Below are positions 25,827 through 39,175 of a stretch of 64,000 nt of DNA, piece by piece. The position numbers and the translations under genes were made by a program. Origin of the DNA: Antechinus flavipes (lineage: Eukaryota); contig NC_067398.1 in the NCBI RefSeq assembly GCF_016432865.1, positions 164,548,001 to 164,612,000 of the forward strand, given 5' to 3'. Position 1 is the stretch's first letter; every line of letters starts with the position of its first letter. Under the pieces are notes generated by a model. That model was not told the DNA's origin, searched no databases, and was given only the letters and a program-made list of their open reading frames with translations.

Positions 25827-25997
25827 NNNNNNNNNNNNNNNNNNNNNNNNNNNNNNNNNNNNNNNNNNNNNNNNNNNNNNNNNNNNNNNNNNNNNNNNNN
25901 NNNNNNNNNNNNNNNNNNNNNNNNNNNNNNNNNNNNNNNNNNNNNNNNNNNNNNNNNNNNNNNNNNNNNNNNNNNNNNNNNNNNNNNNNNNNNNNNN
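25827..25997. other. Assembly gap (171 N)
   Basis: Run of N. Confidence 1.
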
Positions 25998-27871
25998 TCT
26001 TTTTTTCCCTCCTTCTTTCTTTCCTTCCCCAAACAAGTATTAAACATAAGACAATGCATTGTACTAGATTCTAGCAGAGCTAAAAAATGAACAAAATAGA
26101 ACTTCTACCCTGAAGTTACTTACAATCTAACTAAGGGGATAAGATGTGTATCCACAAATTTCCTACAAATTAGAACATGAACAAAGGAAATTCAAAGTTC
26201 CATGAGATCAAATGAGGGAGAAATCACTATTACTTGGAGAAATCAGAAAAAGGTTTTATAGAAGAGTTGGCATTAGAGCTAGCTCTCAAAAGAAACAGAT
26301 ATTTTCTCAGAATAATTTAAAAAAATAAGCAATGGTCCATTTTAGTTAGAGGTTAATGAAAATAAAGATGTACTTTTTCCTAACCAAGTTCAATAGACAT
26401 TCTGAAATTTATAGAAGGATACTCTGGAGAGAGGGATCTATATACTATGCTTTAGAGCAAAATTGTGTTTTCAGCCCATCAGACACTTTATTAGTCACTA
26501 CTAACAAAGAAACTTAGTTGAACAAGAATACTTAACAGATCTGAGGTGCTGGAGCCTCATTAACAGTTTCTAATGACAAATGCAGATAATCAGACTATTG
26601 GTAGGGAAAATCAAGTAACCACATGTAGAGATACTAGGCTGTAATTTGTTGCTAGAAAGAAGTTGGATAAAGACTTTTTCAGTAACCTATAACTCCTACA
26701 CTCTTCCTATAACCTATGAAAATCAGGGTTGTGATGTTTGGAAAAAAAAAAATCTGATTCTGTTTCCAACAACAGCAAATCACAACTTGATCTTGTGCTA
26801 ACCACCGTGGCCTCCAATGGATATTGGACAGAATAAGTAGGTAACCATGAAAATAGTATTCCATCTGAAAATTTATAGAGAGGCTTATAAATCATAGTAT
26901 CTCTAATAGGTAATAAATAAGATATTAGAAGACCCTGAAGATATTGTGGTAGCTAAAGACCAACTGAATAGAAATTCAGTGCCCGGTGAATATGATGATA
27001 GTGGGTAGTGATGGAAAAATAATGCCCATCAGGGAACAGAAGGATGTGAGATAAGATCAGGTACATCAGAAAAAAGTAAGATAATAATTAGCTGCCACTA
27101 GAAGTTGTTTTCATAAGATCCTTTCTTTATCAGTAAAGCTCTAAAGCATTAAAAAAAAAAAGTTTTCTATTATCAATGTAATAGCCACTAACAAAAAAAT
27201 AGTCGAAAATTAAGGACTAAAATCACAAATTAATCCATAACATGGTAAACTAAATAAATCAGCAAGCAACAAACTACCATGGAAAATTTTTTTACATATC
27301 CCTCCTTCTTTACGGATATGGGAGACTATATTTACAATGTCAGACTTTTGCATGCATTGTTAGCTTGGCTAAACAATTTTTATTCTCATTTTTATTCCTC
27401 ATTATGAGATAGCTTCTTATGAAGGAGGAGAAGTGAGATTTATTAGAAAATTGTAATATCAATAAAAGTATATTTAAACAAGAATATTCAGTCATCATCA
27501 AAGAGATTAAATGAATCTCTATAAGGTTAAAAGGAAAAAAATTCTTATTCTGTATGCCCTTCCATGTCTTTTTATATATAAAGAAGAGGGTTCTTTTCTC
27601 TAACTTAGCTGATGTAATCACAGGATATAATCACAGAGGACAAGATGTTAATGTGCTAACAAATTGTTAGCACTCAGTGATTTCTTTACCAATTATAATA
27701 CTTCTCTTTTTGATTGAGCCACAAGGGCACAAAATCATTATTAAAAAGTCTAACCCTTTATTTCTTGATAGGGAAGAAGGAGATTTTCTTTCCTTTGCCA
27801 TTTCTTACCATTGCTGGTCATGGAATTTAACAGTGGAAGATATTTGCTCAGAAGTAAATATCCTTTCAGAC

Positions 27872-29035
27872 AACTAGGTATCAATGGATAGGATGAAGGC
27901 CTGAAGTCAGGAAGACTCATTCTCCCAAATTAAAATCTGGTTTCTGACATTTTGCTACCTGTGTGATCCTGGGAAAGTTATTTAATCCTGTTTGCCTCAG
28001 TTTCCTCATCTATAAAATGAGTTGAAGAATAAAATGGCAATATGAAAAAATGTACTAAATCATTATTGATCAGAGAAATGCAAATTAAGACAACTCTGAG
28101 ATACCACTACACACCTTTCAGATTGGCTAAGATGACAGGAAAAGATAATGATGAATGTTGGAGGGGAGGTGGGAAAACTCGAACACTAATGCATTGTTGG
28201 TGAAGTTGTAAACCGATCCAATCGTTCTGAAGAGCAATCTGGAACTGTGCCCAAAGGGCTATAAAACTATGCATACCATATTAAATCTGTATCCTAAAAA
28301 CATCATAAAAGAAGGTAAAGAACCCATTTGTGCAAAAATGTTTGTAGTGGCAGGGAATTGGAAATTAACTGGATGCCCATCAGTTGGGGAATAGTTAATT
28401 AAGTTATAGTATACAAAGGAAATGGAATATTACTGTTTTATAAGAAATGAGAAGGAAGCTGTTTTCAGAAAACCCTGGAAAAACTTTTCCATGAACTAAT
28501 GCTGAGTAAAGTGAGCAGAACCAGGAGAACATTGTATATAGTAACAATAAGATTAAGTGATGATCCATTGCGATGGATTAGGCTCTTCTCAACAATGGGG
28601 TGATTCAAGACTATTCCAATAGACTTGAGATGGAAAATGCCATCCTCATTCAGAGAGAGAACTACGGAGACTGAATATGGATCAAAGCATAAAGCATAAT
28701 ATTTCACCTTTGTTTGTTTTTCTTTCTTGCGATTTTTTCCCCTTTTGGTCTGATTTTTCTTGCACATGACAAATATGAAAATATGTTTAAAAGTATAACA
28801 CATATTTAACTCATATCAGATTGCTTGCTGTCTTGGGAAGAGAGGGTAGAAAACAATCTGGAACTCAAAGTTTTACAAAATGAAGAAAACTATTTTTACA
28901 TGTATTTGGAAGAATAAAATACTATTAAGGGGAAAAAAGAGAATGAAATGATAAACCATTCTAATAACTCTGCCAAAAAAAATCCAAAATGAGGTCATGA
29001 AGAGTCAGATATACTTTAACAACAATAAACATTTA
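27872..29035 (+). mobile_element. MAR1-like SINE split by an L1 3' insertion (L1 ~28041-28930)
   Basis: SINE stops at gaagaataaaatggcaa and resumes at gagaatgaaatgataaaccattc...gaggtcatgaagagtcag; between them is L1 ORF2 C-terminus (CWRGGGK) plus 3'UTR. Confidence 0.82.
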
Positions 29036-30018
29036 AAAATAAATGACCCAACACTTTTGAATTGTGCTACCTTCCAGACCTATTTGGGAGGGGAAATGAT
29101 AAAACTCAGCATATGGGCATAAGTGATGACATCATATCAGGATTCTGAGTATTGAGAATCTGAAGATTATTTGGGAGAATCTGGGAAAATACTCTGGGAA
29201 GCAAGACTTTAAAAAATGATTTAGTGAATTTAGTATGAGCAAGAATATTATTATGGGATTGTAACTATAATGAGCAATCTATCCATAAGCATATATTAAG
29301 TACCTATTATGTGTCAGGCATTGTGCTAGGAATTGGGACTAAAAAGAAAAGAGTTAAACAGTTCCTTCTCTCAGTATAATGGAATCACTGCAACGAAAGA
29401 TCTGATCAGTCTTGTGACTTATTGAACACTGTCATATTTCTCTTCAAAATATTTGCACCAGTTTCATCAATATTATATTAGAGTCCCACAGCCTGCCAAC
29501 ATCAGATTTTATCATTTCTTGCTCCTATAACAGTCCTAGCAAGTCAATGTGGTGTCTTAAAATTGTTTTGGTTTGTATTTCACTGATTATTAAGGAATGT
29601 GAATGCTTTCTCATATGGTTATTAATATTTGTGTTTCCTACTTCACAAATTGTCCTTTGGCTACTGGCCAACTGCAGACTTTTCATTATTAGTCTCATAG
29701 AAGTATATCAGTTTGTTATGGCTTCTGGATTTGGCATATTCCCTGAAAACATTTTCCTTTTGTTATGCAAATATTTTATCCTGTATAATCAAAGCTATGT
29801 TTGCTTGTGTAGCTTAAAATGATTTGCTACCAGAATTTTCTTTGTATGTGTTTTTCATTTATTTTTCTATGTAATTGCTTGTTTTATCCCATTATATGGT
29901 AAAGTCCTTTGAAATAAAGAAACAGTTCTTTGCCACCAGCATCTAGCATAGTGCTTGGTACATAAAAAGTGTTTAATAAATCCTTGTTGAATAAACTAAC
30001 ATAGTTAATAAGTTAGTA

Positions 30019-32190
30019 TGTTAACATACCTCAGAGATATTATGGGTTTGGTTCCAGACCTCTGTAAAAAAACAAAACAAAACAACAAATATTCTTTTTT
30101 AATGTATTTAAAAAACAAAAAGAAAAAAGAAAATCAGAAAAGGAATACAAAGTAAAATAAAATAAAACAAAAGAGAACATTATCATGGGCCCAGCAGAAC
30201 ATCAGGGAGGATTCAAAATATATAACAACAAATTACTGGATCAAGAAAGACATATATTAGTAGAAGAAATTATATTCAAGAGTGTCCATCTTTTCTTTAC
30301 TACCTTGAAAATTATTCTTTTGTTATCTGCTGTGCACATACCACCCTCTCCCCGCCTAACATTTTCCTATCCCTGCTGACTCTTTGCTTTAATTCTTCTC
30401 CTTAACTTGCCTTGTTATTACTTAATCTCCCTCCACCCATGAATCCCTCCCTTGTCTTCTTCCCTCACTCTTTGCTTCCTCATCTGTCCATCTCTCCCCC
30501 CTGTTTTCTTTATAGATTTTGGAGGGTGCTATAACCTTTATGATAGATAGATAGATATAATGTTGCCTATTTAACCCATTCTCCCTTCTAATGCCTCTGT
30601 GTCTATTCTTCCTTTGCACCTCATTTGTATAACACAATTACTATTTTTACCTTAACTCTGCCCCACTCTTTCATTTGAGCTACCTTATTGTTGATGTCCA
30701 TTTTAAACATATAGTATACATTTATCCATGTAAAAAAAAAAACATAAACAATTTGTCCATGTTGACTTTCTTGAAAATAATCTTTGATTCTGGCTCTTAT
30801 ATGTTACAATTTCTATTAGAAATTTTCTAAAACTTCTATCAGATTTGGTTGATAGAAAATAAGAGGTATTACTATAAGTACCTCTAATCATGAGGTAGGG
30901 GGGATGGTGCTTCTGGCTCCATCTTAGCTCTCCCTTTTGACCAGGAAATCCAAGCCAAGAGTTCCATTCTCCAGAAAATGTCCCTTCTCCACTGCTTCTG
31001 CATCATCAGGTGTGCTGGCTCCTTGTCTCCCAGGGCCAGTCTCTGCAGCACAGCTGGGCCTGGTGTTCCCAGTCAGCAGAGGTCCCCTCAGTCCTCCCTG
31101 GCTCAGACCCTGACTCCATACACTGTCCAAGAGTGAAAGTTTCAGCCAAACCCAGCTAGCCCCAGGCCTTCCCACTTGGGGTTTCTGTGGAGGTAGCCCT
31201 TAGGTATTTGCTCTTCACAGGAATCCTCACCTCAGAGTTTTTCTTTAGATTTCAAGTTATACAGGAGGACTCCTGTTCTACTCTAAGTAGTCTTGATTTT
31301 TCAGTAATACAGGTTCCCCTGAGGTGCAAATTTGTTCTATTTGTGGGGAAAATCTGGAGAACTTTAAATTTACCAATCTACTCCACCATTTTCTTAGAAT
31401 CCTCGCCTCAAAAAAACAAATATTGCAATAAAGAAATAACATGACTATTTTTGATTTCCCAATGCATGTAAAAGTTATGTTTATACTAAGCGGCAATCTC
31501 TTATGTGTATAATAGTATTATGTTCAAAGAAAGTGGGCAAACCTTAATTCAAAATATTTTATTGCTTAAAAAAATAATAACCACCATCTAAGCCTTCAGT
31601 GAGTCAATTTATTTATTTATTTATTTATTTACCAGTAGAGAATCTTGCCTTGATGTTGATGTTTGCTGACTGATCAGACTGGTAGTATCTGAAAGTTACC
31701 ACTGAAAATGGCAATTCCTTAAATAAGACAACAATTACGTTTGGCACATAGAATGAATCTTCATTTCACTTAAATACTTAAAGTCTATTGTAGAATTATT
31801 AATCAATCTAATTACAACATTGTTGTGTCTCAAGAATAGAGAGGCCCAAAGAAGAAGGAGAGAGGCAGGAAGGGTAGCAGTCAGAACACATACATTTATC
31901 AGTTAAGTTCTCAGTCTTACATAGGTGTGGTTTCTGGAACTCCAAAATGATTACAATACAATATAACATCAAAGATCACAGATCACTCTAATATATAAAA
32001 AACGAAAAAGTTTGAAATATTGCAAGAATTACCAAAATGTGATAGAGACATTATATGAACATATGCTATTGGAAAAATGGCAACAACAGATTTGCTCAAT
32101 GCAAGTTTGCCACAAAGCTTCAATTCATTGAAAAAATGCAATATCTATGATGTACGATAAGATGAAGTATGAAAAAAATGAGGCATGCCC
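30019..32190 (-). mobile_element. Tigger1-like MITE with both ends, split by an insertion at 30094-31414
   Basis: acatacctcagagatattatgggtttggttccagacc at left and atgaggcatgccc at right match recalled Tigger1 termini; internal gcctTgatgttgatg..tgctgactgatcag. Confidence 0.88.
30094..31414 (-). mobile_element. Internally deleted half-L1 (5'UTR joined to 3' end, ORF1 absent)
   Basis: Right end matches 20298-20460 and left end matches 22330-22620; TSD aacaaatatt at 30084-30093 and 31415-31424. Confidence 0.85.
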
Positions 32191-32229
32191 ATTTATTGTT
32201 CCGTTTTTAGACTTGTAAATGATTTAACA

Positions 32230-33860
32230 TTTTCAGATCTTCCATATAAAATATACTGCAATATATGTTATTAAGTTTGAATCTAAACTTTTTTTTTTCA
32301 CAATGAAGCTCCTTAGTTTTCTGAGTAGTTTTTATTGAAGTGTTGACATCCCCTGATGTTTACATGTAGGTTTTATCCAATAGTTATCTTTTATACACAT
32401 TGAGTTTTATGCTGTTTTCTATTTAGTTTATCTTCTTTAACCAATTCAGATGGTTTTTATAAGTATTACTTTATAGTATAGTTGGAGATCCAGTAATCCC
32501 CATTTACCTTTTCCCTAACAATTCCTGATAATTTTTGCCTATATATTATTTCATATGAAATTCACATAAAAGAGTATATTGGCATTTTGATTAATATTGC
32601 ATTAAACCCAAGAGTAATTTTGGGAAGAATTGACATTTTTGCTAGATTTTCTTGACTTAATTATGAGCAGGAAAGATGCCTTTTTGTCTTCAGTTCTTCC
32701 TTGACTTCACTCAAAATCATTTTGAAGTTGTCTTTGCATAAATTTCTTATGTCTTTTGATGAGTGAATACCCAAATGCTTGATACATTTTCCTTTTATTA
32801 CAAAATATTTCTCTTTCCATTATGTTCTCTTGATTCTTAATGTTAGTACATAGAAATGATTTTGATAGGTTTTCTTTGTAGCTTTTCGCTTTCCTAAGAT
32901 TATTTATTACCTCTGTTAATATTTTGTTAATTATCTTGTATTTTCCAGATATACAATGTCATCTTAGAGAGCTACTTTAGCTTCCTCATTTCTGTGCCTT
33001 ATTACTTCAGTTTCATTTTTCATGCATAATAACTATCACTAATAAGCATAAAGATACGTTAAATAGGAATGCTGCATATGTATCTTTATTTAAGAGTTGT
33101 TGCTAATTTGACTGTCTCTAATGTTTTTTCCACTATATATAACATTAGGTCATGCTTTCAAATATATATATATATAATCTCACATTTATGTAGAACTTTA
33201 ATGTTTACAAGCTACAATAATAATAATAAGAAGAAAAATAAACATTTAAATGGCACTTTAAAATTTGCAAAGCACTTGACAAATATTTAGGAGCTATTAT
33301 TATCCTCATCTTATGAGAATATGAGATAAGAAAATGGTAGCAGGTAGAAATTAACTGACTTTTAAAGGATCATACACCTAACAACTGCCTGAGGTAGAAA
33401 CTGAATCTAAATCTCCCTGACTCCAGGTCAGAAAGCTTCTATTACATTATTTTCCTCTATATTATTCTATGTTCTACTATACCACAACACAGTACCTCTC
33501 CATATCACAATATACCACACTTCATCACACCATATCACATAACTTTTGCAAAACAAGTTATTCTAAGTTGTAAATGTTTTTCTTTTGTCTTTTGATACAT
33601 TGGATACCAAGATTTTTTCTTCTTACTATTAATTAGTTCAATTTGGTTTTGTGTTATCTGATTACTCTTTCCTGGAATTTGAATTTAGCGCTTATTTGAA
33701 TGTGCTTTCTTGCTGTTGAAGCATTTTTCTTTAATCTGGAAACTCTGGGTTTGTTTTGAGTGTTTCCCACTTCAGGTTTCTTACAGGAAATTGGTGGGCT
33801 CTTTTCAAATCCAATTTGCCTATTTATTCTAAGAGAGTTAGAAATTTTTCTTTTATGATC
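32230..33860 (-). mobile_element. Old L1 ORF2/ORF1 fragments (minus), interrupted by MIR-like DNA
   Basis: ttatagtatagttggagatc, ggcattttgattaatattgcattaaac and atacaatgtcatct are antisense L1 ORF2-like; MDHKRKISNSLRINRQ..EKSPPI is ORF1-like. Confidence 0.65.
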
Positions 33861-33864
33861 CAAT

Positions 33865-35060
33865 AGATTTTTTTTCTCCTTCCTTCTTGGCTCTTTTACA
33901 ACATTTGAACCTTTTGATCATTCTTTTCTTTTGAATCCTCTCTTCTCTCTAAGTTTTTATGACACCATTCCCTCCCGGTTCTCCTATCTAAGCACTCCTT
34001 TTCTTTTTCCTTGCTGGTTCTTCATTCCCCCTGAAGGCCCTATCCAGGGCATCCTTCTCTTTTTGATTTTCACTATTTCACTTGGTAGTGATCTCATCAG
34101 CTACCATAGGTTCAATTATTATCTCTGTGCAGATGACTCCCAGATCCTTGCTTTATCTTGCTATCCAGTCATCCATCTCCAGCTGTCTCTTAGAAAACTC
34201 AAGTTGGATGTCCTACAAGTATCCCAAATGCATTATGTCTGAAATAGCAGTCATCTTTTCTTTAAAAATCTCCTCTCAAGGGTACCACTATTCTTTCAAT
34301 CAAAAAGTATTATAATCCTTACCTCTTTACTCTTATTCATCCCACATAGCCAATCTATTGCTAAATCTTTTCATTTCCACCTTCACAGCATTCCTCCTAT
34401 GTATCTCCTTTTCTCATATAGCGGCAACTCTAGCTCAGGCTGTGATCACATCTTGTCTACTGCAATAGACATCTAACTGGTTTCCCTGCTTAAGTTTCTC
34501 TCCTTTACAAGCCATGCTCCACTTATTGGCCAAGGCAATTTTTATTAAGTAATATGCAATCACATCACCTCTTTGTTCACTGAGCTTTGTGATTTTCTTA
34601 TCATGTCCAGGATCAAATGCAAAGTTCTCTATTTTATATTTACAATTCTTCATAGCCTGGCCCTTCTGTTCTCTCCAGTCTTATTACAACTAAATTTCGT
34701 CTAGAAAATCTAAAATCCATCAATATTGCCATTTATTGAAATTTCTTGAAAATGACTTCCACTTCCTATCTCAGTGCCATTATACTGGCTGTGCTTTATG
34801 CCTGGAATCCTCTGCCCCATGCTTCACATGTAGAAGGTCTTAGTTTTCCTGACTTCTTCTGATACTCACTTTAAATCCTACTTTCTTCTCTGGTCTCTCC
34901 CCTGATGCCACCAGTTATTAATACCTTCCCTTCTCAAATTGCCTTCATCTACCCTGTATAAATTATTTATATACCAAGCAATTTACCTGTTCTCTCTTTC
35001 ACTTGAATGTGAATTCTTTGAGAATAGGGACTGTTTTTACCTTTCTTTGCATTTTAGCAC
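33865..35060 (+). mobile_element. L2 RT and 3' end
   Basis: ORF 33931-34242 contains GPIQGILLF...YYLCADDSQI, the L2 RT catalytic block; L2 tail at ~35000. Confidence 0.9.
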
Positions 35061-38000
35061 TTAGGGAACCTAGTCATATAAAAGTTCTCTCTCCAAACTG
35101 TTTTCTAGGTTAGTTGTTTTTGATCATAAGATAACTTACATGTTTCCCTCAAATTTATTTCAGTCTTTTCATTGTGTCCTTCTATTTCTTATTGTCTTAT
35201 GAATCACTGAGTTGTATTTGTTCCATACTATTTTTCAGTAAGTCTACCACTTGACTAAGGATTTTTGCTTTATATTCTGAATTATTTATTTTCCTTCTAA
35301 CTTTATGTATTCAATTGATTTATTGGTATCTGTGACATCATTCCTCCTATCTTTCCCCCACACTAAATTACAAATACCTTGAAAGTATAAGGTGTTTCAT
35401 TTCTATCTTTGTACCCCAGGTGCCAGTGTTTTAGCACAGATTCCTACCTAATAAATATTTGGTGAGTTGAATTATATTGTAGAAGAAACACCTCTCTGCA
35501 GGTAATAATGAACATCATGGGAATTGGAGTATTTCTTTTCTCTTGATTTTTTCCAAAATTTTAATAAAATCTTAGCATAATTTCTCCATTTTCCCTTTCC
35601 TAATAGTCTTTAGAACTATTAATGTATTCCAAGCTATATTAATACTCACCACCCTTGGAGGACAAAATTTGAAATATCTTGGCTAAATCTAGGGCAAGTA
35701 TTATCAAGCTGACGTTGAGCTAGTAAGTCACCTTACCATTAGATCTCAGTTTCCTATAATATGAGGGGTTTGAATTATATGGCCTTTCACACCTCTTCTG
35801 ATTCTAACTCCCATTATTCTATTTACTGAACACTTGTTATGAGATAGACATTGGCAATGGACAAATTATTTAACCTTAGTTTTCTTATCTAGAAAATGGC
35901 AATATTCATACTTGTACCACCTTACCCAGATGGTTATTGTGAAGAAATAACTTTATAAATTGTCAAGCACAATACAAAGTGTCCCAAAAGTCTTAGTATG
36001 ATTTTGTTTTAGTACTATTATTATTATTTTAAGTAGCTATACAATTCTCAACTTATATTCCATATTAGCCAGAGGGATATTATTGAAGGCATCTAATGAC
36101 TACTTCCCTAAACTTAGATTAACAATATAATCTAAGGTCAAGATTAGCTAAAACTGACCTTTGGGAGGGGGAAGAGTAGTAGGAAAAAATCTATACAATC
36201 TGTCAGATTGTTGGCATCTCAAGAGTCAGTCAATCAACAGTCAAAGAATAAGCATTTATTAATCTCTAATAGAGGAAGAGAAGACCATATTTTCCAGTGA
36301 ATTCAGGAAGAACCATTTTTGACCAAGAAATAAGATGTAAAGATCTCAGGGCTTGTTTGCCAACTGACTTTGCAAACAATTCCAAAGCATACCTTTCAGG
36401 AAATTTCATCCTTCCCAATGCACAAGATTGAGTATATGAATTAATTTTTATTATTGTCACCATTCTAATAGTGGAGTTTTTTCCTATAGTAGATGGGACC
36501 TCTATACCTATTAGTGTGTCATAGTGAACAGAATGGGAGAATTCAAGTCAGGAAGTCTGGATTTCAAATCTTACCTCAGATACTTACTAGTTACATGAAC
36601 TTGGGCAAGTCCTTTAGCCTCTATTTGCCTATTTCCTCATTTGTAAAATAAGAGAATAATAGCACCCATGGGGATATTGTAAAGATTAATCTTTACAAGA
36701 TTAAGTGAGATGTATATTTGGCATTTTGCCTACATTAAAACATTACATAAATATAAACTATTATTATTATGTTATATAACATGTACTATTTTATAGATTA
36801 TTATATTATGATATCTAAGTGGCCATATACATATAAGACCCAGGCTGTTTTGTTACTGAGTCTCTGACTTGGGAGAGTAATTTACACTTATGCACTTCAA
36901 ACTTCTAAATTTCATAAATATATATATATATATTTGTTCTCCAAATTAAAGAATCAAAGGATAGATTAAAGGCCTTTACTGGTTGTTTTTTTTCTTTTCT
37001 TTTCTTTTATAGTACTCTAATAATGTCTCCTGTCTCCACTCTTTTTAAGGAATGCTTCACCTTACTCAGCCTCGTGCATCATCCCCATCTATTTTTACTG
37101 GCACACTGTAAAAATAAATTTATGTCCCATGACCTTCCTTCCTTGACATACATCTGAGAAGACTTCACTCCTGCAAATGATGACCAAAGCTCATTGGCTG
37201 GAATTCCAGGAGCCTTCTGTGTATAAGGGTCCAGGACTATGATCATTTAGAGCAATTAGATGAAGAAGCATTAACCCAGTGCTCCATATTTAACTCAGCT
37301 TATAAAAATAAATATTTGTCCAATAATCTGGCAGGTTGATGAGTGCCATTTAATATTACAATGAAGAGTCTATCACTGGGAGAGAGGAAGAACGAAGCAG
37401 AGTTAGGGTTATCTTGGGAGCCCTTGGAGCCTCCATAACTTTTATGATTATTAACAATAATAAGACATAATGCCTTGTAGTGGAAAAGTGTTCCTGCTGA
37501 TCTCAGTGGACTTGACAATTTCTAGCTCCCTCCACTGTAATTAACTTCAGAAATAGAGTAGGACTAACATCACTTGTCCACAGGCACTCAGCAAGTCAGT
37601 GCTGGATATAAAACAAATACCCAATTCAGTAAATTCAAGCCAAGAAATATTTATTAAGTACCATTGTATGCTTTGGAGCCAGGAAGAGTTGGATTCAAAT
37701 CTGCTTATGACCAGTGCTGACTGTGTGATTCTGGGAAAATCTCTTAGTTTCTCAGGACCCCAGGTAATACTTTGAGATTATAAATTGCTGATCTAAGTGA
37801 ATAGACAGAATTAATGCAGTATAATTCCCCGCATACATGAAATAACAGGTTAAGACTCTCCTTCCTTTTGGTCATGTCTAATTCCTTATTACCCAATTTG
37901 GGGTTTCTTGGCAAAGATACTGGAGTGGTTTGTTATTTCCTTCTCCAGCATGTCCCCATTTTACATATGGGAATTTGAGGCAAACAGGATTAAGTAGCTT

Positions 38001-38242
38001 TCCCAGGATTATAGAACTATTACGTTTCTGAGGCTGGGTTTGAACTCAATCTTGCTAGCTCCTCAGTTTAATGCTTTATCCATTATGTTACCTATCTATC
38101 CCAGTAAGCCCATGATTTTTGTCCTTTAAGAGCCTCATATCTAGTAGGGGAGAGTAGAAGGGTGCTGAAGATACCTAGCCCCTGGCTTGCCTTTGTAGCC
38201 TGAGATCCATGATTCCCAGCTTGTCAAGATTTGTCCTTAACT

Positions 38243-39115
38243 TCTTTTTTCCAATTCTATTTATTTCATTAAATAGAAAAAAAAAACAGAATAAAAAAAG
38301 AAAAGACAGAAAAGGAACAAAAAAATAAAACAAAACAAAGATAACATTATCATATGCCTCGCAAAATCTCAAGGACTCAAAATATATAACAATAAATTTC
38401 CATTTCAAAATAGGATATATAGTAGTAGAAGAAATTATATTCATGAGTGTCCTTCTTTTCTTTGCTTTCTTGTAGTTCTTTTGTTCTCTGCTGCATACGT
38501 TTTTTACTTTATTCTTTTTTCCCCATTTCATCCCTCACTTCCCTCAATCAGGNNNNNNNNNNNNNNNNNNNNNNNNNNNNNNNNNNNNNNNNNNNNNNNN
38601 NNNNNNNNNNNNNNNNNNNNNNNNNNNNNNNNNNNNNNNNNNNNNNNNNNNNNNNNNNNNNNNNNNNNNNNNNNNNNNNNNNNNNNNNNNNNNNNNNNNN
38701 NNNNATTATATATATTATACATTATCTACAAACACTCAGATACATACACACATCTCCACATGCACTTACCAAATGTAAACATATATCTAAAACAATATTT
38801 GTGTCACTGACATATAATGTCTCTTGATTAAAACTTTAAATTTGACTTTGTCTAAAATCAATGAATACTAGCCACACATTTTTTCTAATAAATTCTACTC
38901 CTGATCCTTGTTATTGTTTTTGTATATATCTCTACTTTCCTATTCCTGCTAATTCTTCTACTTTAATTCTGCTCCTTAACTTGCCTTGCTATTACTTAGC
39001 CTCCCCCTATGGCTTCCTCCCTTGTCTTCTTTTTTCATCATTTGTTCCCTTTCCCCACCACATCTCCTCTCTTATTTATACATTTTAGAGGACATTTAAG
39101 GATATCCTTTATGAT

Positions 39116-39175
<60 letters not shown>

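Noticed and set aside
25757-26090. ORFs of 80-126 aa spanning N runs (also 38447-38827)
   Set aside because: Artefacts of assembly gaps translated as X.
26905-26960. INKILEDP resembling a rhabdovirus L-protein motif
   Set aside because: Eight-residue similarity with mismatched spacing and no supporting flanking motifs.
29120-29165. C-box (GTGATGA) followed by CTGA boxes suggesting a C/D snoRNA
   Set aside because: Too short, no terminal stem, and the motifs are common in AT-rich DNA.
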